64,000 nucleotides of DNA, taken from contig OZ250183.1 of NCBI GenBank assembly GCA_965238225.1, forward strand, positions 1,216,001 to 1,280,000, given 5' to 3'. The stretch comes from Gammaproteobacteria bacterium. GTDB lineage: Bacteria; Pseudomonadota; Gammaproteobacteria; Eutrophobiales; Eutrophobiaceae. Below are positions 1 to 11,601 of the stretch, in pieces. The notes under the pieces were generated by a model. It saw nothing but the letters and a program-made list of their open reading frames with translations, was not told the origin of the DNA and did no database searches. The stretch's first letter is position 1, and every line of letters starts with the position of its first letter. A program made the position numbers and the translations under genes.

Positions 1-191
1 CGGCTGGATTTGAGTTCATCGCCGCCAGCGATATAAACGAAAACCCTGCCGATAAGCCTACCGCTTACGACTTTGTCTGGCGCCTGCCGCCAAGTTACCG
101 TACCAGTAGCAAAGACGCAGCACTACGCGCAGTCATGAATGCAATCGGTGAATCTAACCGTATGACGCTCAAATTTCGCAAGCCAGAATAA
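1..191 (+). CDS. C-terminal part of a predicted class I SAM-dependent methyltransferase (COG4798-like), cut by the window edge
   Basis: Frame 3 reads AGFEFIAASDINENPADKP...VWRLPPSY...IGESNRMTLKFRKPE*, the typical C-terminus of this family. Stop TAA at 189-191. Confidence 0.75.
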   Translation, partial: AGFEFIAASDINENPADKPTAYDFVWRLPPSYRTSSKDAALRAVMNAIGESNRMTLKFRKPE

Positions 192-227
192 GCGACCAGT
201 CATGTAACCATCTTGACCGTAAATATA

Positions 228-1148
228 CTAGCCTCTAGGATGATGCGTTGCATGTAGGCTTTTAAGCCGTTCCTTGGCAATATGTGTGTAAATTTGTGTT
301 GTTGAAATATCGCTATGCCCAAGCAACATCTGCACAACCCTAAGGTCAGCGCCGTGGTTTAATAAGTGTGTCGCAAAGGCATGTCTTAATATATGCGGGG
401 AAATAGTTTTACTGATACCAGCAACCACAGCATAACGCTTAAACAAATACCAGAAAGCTTGGCGTGACATCGCCTTGCCTCGTTTTGTTAGAAATAACGC
501 ATCACTAATTTTTGACCCTAATAGCTCGTTCCTCGCGCTATGTTGATAGCGTGCTAACCATTCGCTCGACTCTTCTCCTAGAGGCACAAGCCTTTCTTTA
601 CTGCCTTTACCCAAAACACGCACAACACCCTGTCGCAGATTAATCTGTCCAGTTTGCAAGTGAATCAATTCAGAAACGCGTAAACCCGAAGCATACAAAA
701 TTTCCAGCATTGCCTTATCTCTTAGCCCAAGTGCTGTGCCTATATCCGGTGCTTTTAACAAAGTTTCTACTTCAGTTTCTGTTAGTGACTTAGGCAATTG
801 TCTGCCTATTTTTGGTGCCTCTATCTTGATACTAGGATCATGTTGCATTGCCTTTTCACGCACCAAATAATTATATAGCATTTTAATACTGGAAAGATGT
901 CGCGCCATAGTTCTTGCTGTTTTTCCCTGCATGCTGGATAAATAAATTCTTAAATCACTTCCCTGTGCTGCTATTATGGCGCAATTATTTTTATCCAACC
1001 AGAGTGCGTATTTTTGTAGATCACTTCTATAGGCTGCCAAAGTATTATTGCTGATGCCCCGCTCCATCCATAACACATCAAGAACACGATCAATCTGATC
1101 CATTGATGTTTTCAGGGATGCGCTTATAAAATTAGAAGATGCCTTCAT
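228..1148 (-). CDS. xerD: Site-specific tyrosine recombinase XerD
   Basis: LYASGLRVSEL, HILRHAFATHLLNHGADLRVVQMLLGHSDISTTQIYTH and C-terminal HHPRG. Confidence 0.95.
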   Translation of the reverse strand: MKASSNFISASLKTSMDQIDRVLDVLWMERGISNNTLAAYRSDLQKYALWLDKNNCAIIAAQGSDLRIYLSSMQGKTARTMARHLSSIKMLYNYLVREKAMQHDPSIKIEAPKIGRQLPKSLTETEVETLLKAPDIGTALGLRDKAMLEILYASGLRVSELIHLQTGQINLRQGVVRVLGKGSKERLVPLGEESSEWLARYQHSARNELLGSKISDALFLTKRGKAMSRQAFWYLFKRYAVVAGISKTISPHILRHAFATHLLNHGADLRVVQMLLGHSDISTTQIYTHIAKERLKSLHATHHPRG

Positions 1149-1626
1149 GCTGTAGTAACCAACGTTTTCGTTCTACATACCGATAGCCACCCATAAAACC
1201 ACCGATGCCTTTGGCAGCAACAACTCTATGACACGGAATAAAAAGTGGAATATGATTTCTGCGACAAGCTTGACCCACTGCACGACTACTGGTGTGCAAT
1301 TCTCTTGCAACTTCGCCATAGGTTTTGACAGTCCCTGATGGAATTTTTTTTAATGCTTGCGAGACTTTCTTCTGAAAACGTGTCCCCTGTGGACGTAAAG
1401 AAATTTCAGATGTAATCAATCCTGATTCAAAATAATCATCCAACACTAGGCCAATCTTTTTCTTGAAATGATTATTGCTCAGATTTGATGGGGATAACGC
1501 TGTCGTTTCTAGTGCAGGCTCATCTAACCAAATAATTTTAGTAATACTTTCTGCATCAACGCACACACCCAAACAACCTGCGGGGGACTGATATAAAAAA
1601 TCGTATTCTGCTGCGAACTGCTTCAT
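1132..1626 (-). CDS. ogt: Methylated-DNA-protein-cysteine methyltransferase
   Basis: GTRFQKKV, YGEVA, RAVGQAC, IPCHRVV active-site motif. Start placed at MKQF (1626) rather than 1695. Confidence 0.9.
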   Translation of the reverse strand: MKQFAAEYDFLYQSPAGCLGVCVDAESITKIIWLDEPALETTALSPSNLSNNHFKKKIGLVLDDYFESGLITSEISLRPQGTRFQKKVSQALKKIPSGTVKTYGEVARELHTSSRAVGQACRRNHIPLFIPCHRVVAAKGIGGFMGGYRYVERKRWLLQHEGIF

Positions 1627-2059
1627 ATTGAACGAATCATAGCTCACTACGCATTTTAATGGGTGAGAATTGCCAATATGTGTCTCTAAATACACATCTG
1701 TAGACGTATTCTCAAGGTTTTGAAGACATATAGCTTATGAGAATATGCCCTTGGGCTTATATTGAAAGAAGCTGCCAAGAAATATAACAACAAAATATAC
1801 AGAAAATATACAACGCTAAATAAAAATGCGTCTTGAGCAAATCAATGACAAAAGCGCAAGTGAGAACCGAGGTATCGGTACTCTTTAGTAGAAATTGGAA
1901 TGTTTTTTCTAAAGTAAGCAACCATCCCTTCGTCTCGAAATTATACCTATGCCAATTGTGCCTGTATTAAGGTGATAGAAAATAGCGAGTGATTCGTAGT
2001 TCAGACAACAATAAAAACCTGCAAGTAAGTCCTTTAAAAAACTAATTTATAGATAAATA

Positions 2060-2413
2060 TTAACTAGATTTAATTTTCTCTTTAATTCTAGCTGCTTTGC
2101 CTGTGAGCGCACGTAAGTAATATAATTTCGCACGCCGTACGGCACCACGACGCTTTACTTCAACGCCTGCAATGGCTTGGCTATGTGTTTGAAAAACACG
2201 CTCTACACCTTCTCCATGAGATATTTTGCGAACGGTAAATGCTGAATTCAAACCGCGATTTTTTTTTGCTATTACAACGCCTTCAAACGACTGTAGGCGC
2301 TCTCTTTCGCCTTCTTTGACCTTTACTTGAACAACTACAGTATCTCCTGGTGCAAAATCTGGCAGTTCCCGTGTCATTTGTTCTGCATCAAGCTCTTCTA
2401 TAATCTTACTCAT
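2060..2413 (-). CDS. rplS: 50S ribosomal protein L19
   Basis: [27 protein letters not shown]; operon context. Confidence 0.98.
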   Translation of the reverse strand: MSKIIEELDAEQMTRELPDFAPGDTVVVQVKVKEGERERLQSFEGVVIAKKNRGLNSAFTVRKISHGEGVERVFQTHSQAIAGVEVKRRGAVRRAKLYYLRALTGKAARIKEKIKSS

Positions 2414-2439
2414 CTTATCAACTCTGCTTAAATGATTTT

Positions 2440-3201
2440 TTATTTCAAATATTCTTTCTTGAATAATTCCAACAAAACCTGTTGTTCATCATCCAACTGT
2501 AAACTGTCCAATAGATCTGGCCTTCTTAACCATGTTCGTCCTAAAGCCTGTTGTAGACGCCAACGTCTTATATCTTCATGGTTTCCACCAAGTAACACAT
2601 ATGGCACCTGCTGCCTACTATTTTCTGAACCAATTTTTTCTGGTCTAGTGTAATGGGGATGATCGAGCAAGCCATTAAAAAACGAATCTTCACTTGCTGA
2701 ATCTTCATGACCTAACGCACCCGGCAATGTCCTAGTCAGTGCGTCAATCAATACCATCGCAGGCAATTCCCCGCCACTTAAGACATAATCACCTATAGAC
2801 CATTCTTCATCAACTTCCTTGTCAATAACACGTTCATCTATTCCTTCATAACGCCCAGCGATTAAAATCAGATACTGTCGTTGCGCTAATACCATGACAC
2901 TTTTCTGATCCAGCCTTTTGCCTTGTGGACTCAGATAAATCACATAAGGAGGATTTCTAAAAGAAAATTCACCGCGTGCATCTGCAATCGCTGCGCTTAA
3001 TGGCTCTGCCATCATCACCATGCCCGGACCGCCCCCATAGGATCTATCATCCACCGTCCTGTGCTTATCACTTATGTAATCCCTAGGATTCCACGTGTTG
3101 ACCTTAAGCAGACCGTGTTTGGCTGCACGACTGGTAATTCCATATTCGGTGACAATATTCACCATCTCTGGAAATAAAGTAATGACTTCAATCTGCAACA
3201 T
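2440..3201 (-). CDS. trmD: tRNA (guanine37-N1)-methyltransferase
   Basis: [35 protein letters not shown]. Confidence 0.97.
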   Translation of the reverse strand: MLQIEVITLFPEMVNIVTEYGITSRAAKHGLLKVNTWNPRDYISDKHRTVDDRSYGGGPGMVMMAEPLSAAIADARGEFSFRNPPYVIYLSPQGKRLDQKSVMVLAQRQYLILIAGRYEGIDERVIDKEVDEEWSIGDYVLSGGELPAMVLIDALTRTLPGALGHEDSASEDSFFNGLLDHPHYTRPEKIGSENSRQQVPYVLLGGNHEDIRRWRLQQALGRTWLRRPDLLDSLQLDDEQQVLLELFKKEYLK

Positions 3202-3224
3202 TCAAGCAAGCCTACATCAAATTG

Positions 3225-3779
3225 CTAGTAATAAGATTGCCAATCAACCTGTATAATGCCTTGTTCGATATCAACATCTTTAATATAGATATCTTGTACG
3301 TAGGGTATCAGACATCGCTCTTTATTAATCCCGACAACCAACACATCATTTGCGCCAGTCTCAAGAATCTCTTTAACTACACCAAGCACTTTACGCTGTT
3401 GATTAATGACCTGCATATCAATCAGATCATGCCAATAAAACTCACCTTCTTTAGGTGTGGGTAACTGACTTTTGTTAATGGCTATCTCTGAATTAACAAA
3501 GCTTGCCGCTCCATCTCTGTCATTAACACCCTTAAGAAAGGCGAATAAACTTTTCCCTTGTCCCTTGCCTTCCAGCAATTGCATCTGCCGCCACTCATTT
3601 TCCATGGGGGCAGAAATATTTTGTTTCGCTAAGCCATGTTTCACTAACCAGGAATTGTATGTAAGTATGTTTTCCTTGGGTCGAGTGAATGATACTATCT
3701 TAAACCAGCCCTTAATACCGTGAATACCAACAATCTTTCCGATAACTATGGGGTCAGTCTCATCCTGCATATTAACCAT
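3225..3779 (-). CDS. rimM: 16S rRNA processing protein RimM
   Basis: GKIVGIHGIKGW, EFYWHDLI, ETGANDVLVV; lies between rpsP and trmD. Confidence 0.95.
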   Translation of the reverse strand: MVNMQDETDPIVIGKIVGIHGIKGWFKIVSFTRPKENILTYNSWLVKHGLAKQNISAPMENEWRQMQLLEGKGQGKSLFAFLKGVNDRDGAASFVNSEIAINKSQLPTPKEGEFYWHDLIDMQVINQQRKVLGVVKEILETGANDVLVVGINKERCLIPYVQDIYIKDVDIEQGIIQVDWQSYY

Positions 3780-3852
3780 CCATGCAGTCTTTCTTAATGA
3801 CCGCGAAACCTAATTATGCGAACTTCATTATAGATATAAAGAGCTTGAAAAT

Positions 3853-4098
3853 TCAGGCATTTGCATTAAGTTTAATAAGTTTGGCAACCCGATCTGAAAT
3901 CTGTGCGCCCTTGCTCCGCCAATGCTCTACGCGGCTACCATCCATCCTCAGCGTCTCTTCATTGCTAAGTGCGCATGGATTATAAAAACCAACGCGTTCA
4001 ATATAACGACCATCGCGTTTCATACGACTATCTGTAACTACAATGCGATAAAAAGGCTTTTTCTTTGCCCCAGTACGCGATAATCTAATGGTTACCAT
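3853..4098 (-). CDS. rpsP: 30S ribosomal protein S16
   Basis: [25 protein letters not shown]...[14 protein letters not shown]. Confidence 0.98.
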   Translation of the reverse strand: MVTIRLSRTGAKKKPFYRIVVTDSRMKRDGRYIERVGFYNPCALSNEETLRMDGSRVEHWRSKGAQISDRVAKLIKLNANA

Positions 4099-4237
4099 TC
4101 ATGAACCTCTTTTTTTAAATTTGCCTGTTACGAATGCTCGCTTTAAGGAGAATAATCCTGCCTTAAAAAAATGGCGGTATTGTACGACATATTAATGAAA
4201 AATAAAGCATTTCCGCCTATTAGAAGTAAACAATCTC

Positions 4238-4814
4238 ATGCAACAAAATAAGAAAGTTAATGAACAAAAAGCCAAAGCCCAAAAAATACTCAAAACAGTA
4301 CGAGCAAATACATCTGAAACCTCTCGTCTAAACTATAGCAAATCCATTACGGAATGCGTACTTAAACTTGATAAAATCAAAAATGCCAAGAGTATTTTCA
4401 TTTATATTTCCTATGCCACTAAAGTTAACACATATGAACTTATCAAGGTCTTGTTAAATACTGGTAAAACTCTGTCTGTCCCAAAAATTATAAACTCTGA
4501 TTTTACGCAGGCAGAATCCTTTTCAAGCTGGGAAGATTTAACTCCTGAAGCAATGGGAATTCTGATTCCTAAAAACTCAAAAACCTTGCCGTAGACCTTT
4601 CGACATTGCCCTCACACCTAGACTTGGATTCACCTTATCCGGTCATCGCATTGGTTTTAGTCGTGGTTATTACGATAAATGGCTTGCTCAAAACAAAGTG
4701 GGTCAGAAAATTGCGCTTGCCTATGCAGCATAGTTGCTTGACGACATTCCTGTTGAAGACACCGATATCCCCATAGAAAAGATTATTACTAAAAAACGAA
4801 CAATAATTATCTAA
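4238..4814 (+). pseudogene. ygfA: 5-formyltetrahydrofolate cyclo-ligase pseudogene
   Basis: ORF stops at 4594. After a frameshift near 4580 the homology continues FDIALTPRLGFTLSGHRIGFSRGYYDKWL...ALAYAA*LLDDIPVEDTDIPIEKIIT*, with an in-frame TAG at 4731-4733. Confidence 0.85.
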
Positions 4815-4899
4815 GGTATCCTGAAGTCCAGCCCTGAAACTTTACATACAGACAATACCAACTAAAGATATTCTCACTCGAGAACTGCATGATATAAAA

Positions 4900-6999
4900 C
4901 TAGGTTTCCTGAGTTTCTGCTTCGTTAACTGCCTTCATGCTCAGGCGCACTCGACCTTGTCTATCGATTTCAAGTACCTTGACCTTAACAAGATCACCTT
5001 CACTTAATTTATCACTAATATTCTCAACGCGTTCTTCGCATATTTGCGAAATATGCACTAAGCCATCTTTGCCTGGCAAAATATTTACAAAAACACCGAA
5101 ATCCATCAGCTTGGCAACCTTACCTTCATAGATTCTACCGACTTCAATATCTGCAGTGATTTGCTCTATTCTTAGTAATGCAGCCTCGCCAGCAGCCTTA
5201 TCAACAGCAGCAATCTTTACCGTACCATCATCATCGATATTAATCGTCGCACCTGTTTCCTCCGTAATTGCCCGGATTGTTGCGCCACCTTTACCTATTA
5301 CATCACGTATCTTGTCAGGATGAATCCTAATGACCGTAATTCTAGGTGCAAATTCGGACATTTCATCACGAGGACTGGCAATGGTCGCATTCATCTGCTC
5401 AAGAATATGAATACGGCCTTCTTTTGCCTGTGCTAAAGCTGCCTCCATGATTTCTCTTGTTATCCCATCGATCTTGATGTCCATTTGTAAGGCAGTAATG
5501 CCATTATCGGTTCCTGCTACCTTAAAATCCATATCGCCCAGATGATCTTCGTCGCCAAGAATATCCGAAAGCACAACAAATTCTTCACCTTCTTTAATGA
5601 GGCCCATAGCAATACCAGCAACAGGGGCTTCAATCGCAACACCAGCATCCATTAAGGCAAGACTCGTGCCACAAACACTGGCCATGGAGCTGGAACCATT
5701 TGATTCGGTAATTTCTGAAACTACACGAATGGCATAAGGATATTCGGACATATTCGGCATAACACCTAGGATGCCGCGTTTTGCTAAACGACCATGACCA
5801 ATTTCACGACGTTTTGGTGTGCCAACACGCCCGGTTTCCCCGACACAATAGGGAGGAAAATTATAATGCAACATGAATGGCTCTTTATAGAAACCTTCAA
5901 TTGCGTCAATAATTTGTGAGTCTCGCTCTGTACCCAGAGTAGCGACAACAATCGCTTGTGTTTCACCGCGTGTAAATAATGCCGAGCCATGCGCTCTTGG
6001 TAAAATGCCTACTTCAGTAGTAATTTTTCTAATGGTGTTTGTGTCACGACCATCAATACGACTTTCACCTGCTAAAATACTGCTACGAACAATATGACTT
6101 TCTAGGCGATTTATTTCATTATTTATTTCTGATGCCGACCAGATTGAATCTTCTCCTTTGCTCATCGCTTCTACGACTTCATTGTGAATCTCACTAATAC
6201 GATCTTTACGATTAAGTTTATCTGTTATGGCATAGGCCTCACGTAACAGGTCTGTAGAATGACTGGCTACCTCATCAGCCAAGTCTTGATCCTTGGCTTC
6301 AGGTTGCCAATTCCAAGCAGTTACACCAACTTTTTCTGCTAGCGCTTTAATATTATCTATAACGACCTGAAATTGCTGGTGACCAAACATCACTGCACCC
6401 AGCATTACTTCTTCAGACAATTGCCTGGCTTCAGACTCGACCATTAACACTGAGCTACCGGTTCCGGCAACGACTAAATTTAGCGCTGAATCAACCAGAT
6501 TATCCATTGACGGGTTCAGCGTGTAATTACCATCGATATATCCCACTCGTGCAGCACCAACAGGGCCATTAAATGGTGCGCCAGTCAAAGCGACTGCAGC
6601 TGAGGCACCAATTAATGCCGGAATATCAGCATCAATTTGTGGATCTAGCGACATCACTGTGGCTACTATCTGCACTTCATTTCTAAAATTTTTTGGAAAT
6701 AAAGGCCTAAGCGGGCGATCAATCAAGCGGCATGTCAAAATTTCCTTTTCACTTGGACGACCTTCTCTTTTAAAAAAGCCACCTGGTATCTTGCCTGCAG
6801 CATAAGTACGTTCTTGATAATCTACGGTAAGTGGGAAAAAATCATACCTTGGATCAGCTTCTTTCTTGGCGACACAATTCACCATAACAACGGTATCTCT
6901 CATACTGACAATAACTGAATTGGCTTGTCTCGCTATCTTACCTGTTTCCAATACAACTTTTTGCTCACCGAACTGGAATTCTTTTTTAATTGCTTTCAT
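4900..6999 (-). CDS. pnp: Polyribonucleotide nucleotidyltransferase
   Basis: [39 protein letters not shown] and S1 domains. Confidence 0.98.
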   Translation of the reverse strand: MKAIKKEFQFGEQKVVLETGKIARQANSVIVSMRDTVVMVNCVAKKEADPRYDFFPLTVDYQERTYAAGKIPGGFFKREGRPSEKEILTCRLIDRPLRPLFPKNFRNEVQIVATVMSLDPQIDADIPALIGASAAVALTGAPFNGPVGAARVGYIDGNYTLNPSMDNLVDSALNLVVAGTGSSVLMVESEARQLSEEVMLGAVMFGHQQFQVVIDNIKALAEKVGVTAWNWQPEAKDQDLADEVASHSTDLLREAYAITDKLNRKDRISEIHNEVVEAMSKGEDSIWSASEINNEINRLESHIVRSSILAGESRIDGRDTNTIRKITTEVGILPRAHGSALFTRGETQAIVVATLGTERDSQIIDAIEGFYKEPFMLHYNFPPYCVGETGRVGTPKRREIGHGRLAKRGILGVMPNMSEYPYAIRVVSEITESNGSSSMASVCGTSLALMDAGVAIEAPVAGIAMGLIKEGEEFVVLSDILGDEDHLGDMDFKVAGTDNGITALQMDIKIDGITREIMEAALAQAKEGRIHILEQMNATIASPRDEMSEFAPRITVIRIHPDKIRDVIGKGGATIRAITEETGATINIDDDGTVKIAAVDKAAGEAALLRIEQITADIEVGRIYEGKVAKLMDFGVFVNILPGKDGLVHISQICEERVENISDKLSEGDLVKVKVLEIDRQGRVRLSMKAVNEAETQET

Positions 7000-7174
7000 G
7001 TTTTTACCTTAAAAAATATTTGATAATTAATTTGCATGGATTGTCTACTGAGACTGATTATAAAAAATTCAGTTTTTTATGAAATGCTGGTATTTCTAGC
7101 TTGTAGATATAGAAATCGTTTAACGTAGACAATGCTTTTTCGTTGTTGTTCACGCAAAAATAAATTATACAATC

Positions 7175-7444
7175 TTACTTACGCAAACCTTGGCTGGCAA
7201 TTAAATCACGATAGCGGCTCACATTTTTACTTTTCAAATAATCTAGAAGCTTGCGGCGTTGATTCACCATTTTTAATAATCCGCGACGCGAATGATGATC
7301 TTTGTTATGTGTCTTGAAATGATGGGACAATTCTGCAATGTTTGCCGTTAATAATGCAACTTGCACCTCTGGCGAACCTGTATCATTGTCTGTACGCTGA
7401 TATTCCTTGACTATGTCAGCTTTATGTTGAGTACTTAATGCCAT
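7175..7444 (-). CDS. rpsO: 30S ribosomal protein S15
   Basis: [26 protein letters not shown]. Confidence 0.98.
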   Translation of the reverse strand: MALSTQHKADIVKEYQRTDNDTGSPEVQVALLTANIAELSHHFKTHNKDHHSRRGLLKMVNQRRKLLDYLKSKNVSRYRDLIASQGLRK

Positions 7445-7490
7445 GTGCCATTGAGCTCCTGAAGTAATCTCGGTCTAAATTAAGGCGCAT

Positions 7491-7519
7491 ATTGTAACCG
7501 CGTGTTCTTGCATGAACAA
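7491..7519 (-). promoter_or_regulatory. Candidate sigma70 promoter of rpsO-pnp
   Basis: Minus strand TTGTTC-N17-TACAAT followed by GC-rich ATGCGCC. Confidence 0.45.
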
Positions 7520-7627
7520 GCGCAAATACGAGATACCGGGATTGTTTTTTTAAGCACAGATCATGAGACGTACCTTTAGCCTATGAAGATTAATATATCT
7601 ATATTAATTAATAAGTTAATTTTACTT

Positions 7628-8563
7628 TTAGCTTTGATTGCTGGTTTTAAATAAACGCTTCGGCGCAACACGTCCGTCATCAAGAATTACACCAGTCCCA
7701 ATAAACGCACGATTGTGGTCATAAATTCTAAGCAAGCCTTCTGCAGGTGCCTCAGGCACCGACACGGCCTGACCTAGACGAAGGCAATATACCGCTTCTT
7801 CTATTAAGTTGAGCTCAGCTAAATGCTCCAAAGCACTATCCGCTGACAGAAGTAGTTTATCCAAAGCTGCATCACCCTTTTCTGACAGGCGCTTGATAGT
7901 TTCCATGCTAACCGTTTGCGTTTCATTGAATGGCCCTATCGATAAGCGTCGAAGTGTATTGACATGAGCGCCACAGCCTAGCAGCTTGCCAATATCTTCA
8001 ATCAGTGTCCGTATATAAGTACCCTTTGAACAACGCACCCGTATCTTGAATGAATCCTCATCGAAATGTAATAAATCAATACAGTGTATTGTTACATGCC
8101 TTTGTTTTCGCTCAACATTTAGTCCTTGATAAGCTAGTTTGTAAAGTCTTTGCCCGTTAATTTTCAACGCGGAATACATTGGCGGAACTTGCTCAATGTC
8201 TCCAATAAACTGCGCTATAACCTTCTCTAATCGCCGTTTGTTGAATTTAGGAATCTGTCTAATTTCTAATATTTTGCCTTCGGAATCTTTGGTATCAGTA
8301 ACGATGCCTAATTTTGCAACTGCAATATAACTTTTATCCGAGTCAAGAAGGTATGGCGAAATCTTTGTAGCCTCACCAAAACACAGGGGTAAAATACCTG
8401 TTGCAGGCCTGTCCAGACTGCCTGTGTGCCCTGCTCTATAAGCTCTATACAGTCGCCTGATGTTTTGCAAGACATTATTCGATGTAATGCCAGCAGGCTT
8501 GTCTAGAAGTAAAATGCCATCTATATCTCGTTCATAAGATTTTCTTTTTCGTCTTCGCCCCAT
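7628..8563 (-). CDS. truB: tRNA pseudouridine(55) synthase
   Basis: LLLDKPAG, AGHTGSLD, QVPPMYSALK, CSKGTYIRTL. Confidence 0.96.
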   Translation of the reverse strand: MGRRRKRKSYERDIDGILLLDKPAGITSNNVLQNIRRLYRAYRAGHTGSLDRPATGILPLCFGEATKISPYLLDSDKSYIAVAKLGIVTDTKDSEGKILEIRQIPKFNKRRLEKVIAQFIGDIEQVPPMYSALKINGQRLYKLAYQGLNVERKQRHVTIHCIDLLHFDEDSFKIRVRCSKGTYIRTLIEDIGKLLGCGAHVNTLRRLSIGPFNETQTVSMETIKRLSEKGDAALDKLLLSADSALEHLAELNLIEEAVYCLRLGQAVSVPEAPAEGLLRIYDHNRAFIGTGVILDDGRVAPKRLFKTSNQS

Positions 8564-8590
8564 ACGACAATAACACTTGCCTATTATTTT

Positions 8591-9004
8591 TCAGTTTCTT
8601 CTTACGTGCGGAGAATCTAATAGGCTAGTCAACCTATTTGCTTGCTCTAAGCTCTCATCAAACACAAACCGAAGTTTTGGAACAGTGCGTGTGGTAAGTA
8701 TTTTGGATAATTGATGGCGAAATTGGGCGGCGTTATCATTTAGTATAATCAGAACTTTTTCCTTGCTAGGTGTATTATCACCATTGCTCTCTAGACGGTT
8801 ATTTCCTGAACCGTCGTTTTTTATGTGACTCATCTCCAAACGAGTCACAAAAATCTTTGCATAAGCTAAATCTGCACTTAAATCAACAGCCGAGATTGTC
8901 ACCAAACCTAAACCCGCGTCCCTAAGCTGCATTTGAATAATTGTGGCCAATTCCTTTTGAATATGGTCTCCAACTTGCTGGCTACGCCTATACTCTTTGG
9001 CCAT
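8591..9004 (-). CDS. rbfA: Ribosome-binding factor A
   Basis: VDLSADLAYAKIFV, VPKLRFVFDES; lies between infB and truB. Confidence 0.93.
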   Translation of the reverse strand: MAKEYRRSQQVGDHIQKELATIIQMQLRDAGLGLVTISAVDLSADLAYAKIFVTRLEMSHIKNDGSGNNRLESNGDNTPSKEKVLIILNDNAAQFRHQLSKILTTRTVPKLRFVFDESLEQANRLTSLLDSPHVRRN

Positions 9005-9033
9005 ATCTACTCAAACCATTTCGCTAATTGATG

Positions 9034-11601
9034 TTAAATTGTGCGTGCGATCTCAACCCGTTCAAATACTTCGATTTGATCTCCAGATTGAATATTGTCG
9101 TAATTTTTCACACCAATACCGCACTCTGTACCTGATTTCACTTCATTAACATCATCTTTAAAACGTCTCAGTGATTCGAGCTCACCCTCGTAAATAACGA
9201 TATTATCGCGCAATATACGAATAGGGCTACTCTTTTTAACAAAGCCTGTAGAAACAATACATCCAGCGATATCGCCAAGTTTTGGTGAGCGGAAAACGTC
9301 TTTTACTTCTGCAACGCCGATAATTTGCTCACGCAATTCAGGCGCGAGCATACCACCCATCACCGCTTTTACATCGTCGATAAAATCATAAATAATGCTG
9401 TAGTAACGAATTTCAATTTCTTCTTCATTAGCAAGCTTGCGTGCAGAGGCATCTGCACGAACATTAAAACCCATAACAATGGCTTGTGATGCATGAGCCA
9501 GATTTATATCAGTTTCTGTAATTCCGCCAACACCATGACTGACGATATCGACTTTGACTTCATCGGTTGATAATCTGACCAACGCCTCAGAGATAGCTTC
9601 TGAAGAACCTTGGGTATCAGCCTTAACTAAAACATTGAGCGTTGCGATACCGCCCTCGTTCATCTGAGTCATAGCATTTTGTAATTTAACTGCATGTTGT
9701 TTTGCTAACTTGGATTCACGATTTTTATTTTGTCTTTGCTCGGCGAGCTCACGCGCTATTTTCTCATCTGGAACAACAATCATTTCATCACCAGCATTAG
9801 GCATACCGGATAAACCTAATACCTCAACAGGGGTTGATGGCTCTACAGATGAAAAAATTTCATTGCCATGACTATCAGCTATGGCGCGCACACGGCCAAA
9901 TTCCCTGCCGCTTAAAATAATATCGCCTTTACTAAGTGCGCCACTTTGCACCAGAATAGTTGCAACAGGGCCGCGTCCTTTATCCAAGCGTGCCTCAATG
10001 ACAGTTCCAGTTGCAGCACCAGTTACAGACGCTTTGAGCTCAAGCAATTCCGCTTGCAGAAAAATACTTTCAAGCAAATTATCAACACCCTCGCCTGTTT
10101 GTGCAGAAACATTAATGAATTGAGTATCACCGCCCCAGTCTTCTGGAATAATTGCAAGTTTAGAAAGTTCCTGTTTTACACGTTCAGTATCTGCTTCTGC
10201 TTTATCTATTTTGTTGATGGCAATAATAATAGGCACATCACCTGCTTTTGCATGTTGTATTGCTTCTTCTGTCTGCGGCATAACACCATCATCAGCAGCA
10301 ACCACGACGACGACAATATCTGTAACGCTAGCGCCGCGAGCACGCATTGCCGTAAACGCAGCATGTCCCGGGGTATCAAGAAATGCAATTTTACCTTTAT
10401 CAATCTCTGCAATGTAGGCACCGATATGTTGCGTAATTCCTCCGACCTCGCCTTCAGTAACTTTTGTTTTACGAATATAATCAAGCAGTGAAGTTTTGCC
10501 GTGATCGACATGACCCATAATTGTCACAATGGGCGCGCGCAAAAGCTGCTCGCCACTTTCTTTTACTGCGAACACAACTTTATCTTCCAGCGCACTCTCG
10601 CTAATAAGCTTAACTTTATGACCCATCTCTTCGACAACAAGTGTCGCTGTATCCTGATCAAGCATTTGATTGATGGTAGCCATACTTCCCAGCCCCATTA
10701 TTAATTTGATGACTTCAGTTGCCTTAACTGACATTCTCTGAGCTAAATCACCCACTGAAATGTTTTCTGGTATTTCTATTTCTTTAACAACTGGTTCTGT
10801 TGGTTTCTCAAATCCATGCTGCGTTTCAACGGTTGGTATGATTTTTTGTCTATGTCTAATTTTCTTCTTGCGACGCCCTGATTTTTCAGAAGCTACATGT
10901 AATTCCTGACGTCCATAACGGGTTGGTTTATCTTCATCATTATCCCTGCTTTTATCTTTATTTTTCTTGCTTGCACGCAATTTATTGCCAGTTTTTTCTT
11001 CTACTGATGCAACTGCAGCAACAGGCTTCTCAACAACTGCTTCCAATGAATTGTTGCGTGCAATATCTGTGTCCGGTTTTCCTGACACTTCTTCAATTTT
11101 AACTTGCTCAGTTTCAGGCGTTGATAATATTTCTCTAGCCTGCTCATTTGCTGTTTCGGTATTAGCAATTTCATTACTACTATCAACCGTAACGGTCTTT
11201 GCATTTTCTGTAGTATCTTCTTTAATTTCCTCGGTTTCAGTGGGTAATTCTTCTACGACCTCCGGCTTTGTTATTGCATTTAGTGTGCTACGTTTAACAT
11301 AGGTGTGTTTCTTTCTAAATTCAACATTCACTGTTTTTGATTGTGCCCTACTTCTTCCTTGGACGCTCAATGGTACTTTGATCTCGCTACTAGTCTTTCT
11401 TTTTAATACAACCTTCTCTGTTTCTGATGAAGCTTTGCCATGTTTACTGCGGAGATATGTAAGCAGATGACTTTTTTCTGCATCCGTAATCATTTCATCG
11501 GATAATTTTTTGGGCAAGCCAGCTTCTACCATCTGTTCTTGCAACCGATCAACAGAAACCCCGACCACGCTTGCAAATTGGTTGATTGTCACTTCAAGCA
11601 T
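9034..11601 (-). CDS. infB: Translation initiation factor IF-2
   Basis: [25 protein letters not shown]. Start placed at MLEVT, overlapping the nusA stop. Confidence 0.97.
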   Translation of the reverse strand: MLEVTINQFASVVGVSVDRLQEQMVEAGLPKKLSDEMITDAEKSHLLTYLRSKHGKASSETEKVVLKRKTSSEIKVPLSVQGRSRAQSKTVNVEFRKKHTYVKRSTLNAITKPEVVEELPTETEEIKEDTTENAKTVTVDSSNEIANTETANEQAREILSTPETEQVKIEEVSGKPDTDIARNNSLEAVVEKPVAAVASVEEKTGNKLRASKKNKDKSRDNDEDKPTRYGRQELHVASEKSGRRKKKIRHRQKIIPTVETQHGFEKPTEPVVKEIEIPENISVGDLAQRMSVKATEVIKLIMGLGSMATINQMLDQDTATLVVEEMGHKVKLISESALEDKVVFAVKESGEQLLRAPIVTIMGHVDHGKTSLLDYIRKTKVTEGEVGGITQHIGAYIAEIDKGKIAFLDTPGHAAFTAMRARGASVTDIVVVVVAADDGVMPQTEEAIQHAKAGDVPIIIAINKIDKAEADTERVKQELSKLAIIPEDWGGDTQFINVSAQTGEGVDNLLESIFLQAELLELKASVTGAATGTVIEARLDKGRGPVATILVQSGALSKGDIILSGREFGRVRAIADSHGNEIFSSVEPSTPVEVLGLSGMPNAGDEMIVVPDEKIARELAEQRQNKNRESKLAKQHAVKLQNAMTQMNEGGIATLNVLVKADTQGSSEAISEALVRLSTDEVKVDIVSHGVGGITETDINLAHASQAIVMGFNVRADASARKLANEEEIEIRYYSIIYDFIDDVKAVMGGMLAPELREQIIGVAEVKDVFRSPKLGDIAGCIVSTGFVKKSSPIRILRDNIVIYEGELESLRRFKDDVNEVKSGTECGIGVKNYDNIQSGDQIEVFERVEIARTI

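Noticed and set aside
228-1148. Integrase of a genomic island or integron
   Set aside because: Typical chromosomal XerD with the HHPRG end, no IntI insertion, and no attC sites seen.
4100-4237. 6S RNA upstream of ygfA
   Set aside because: The spacer is too short and shows no long irregular hairpin.
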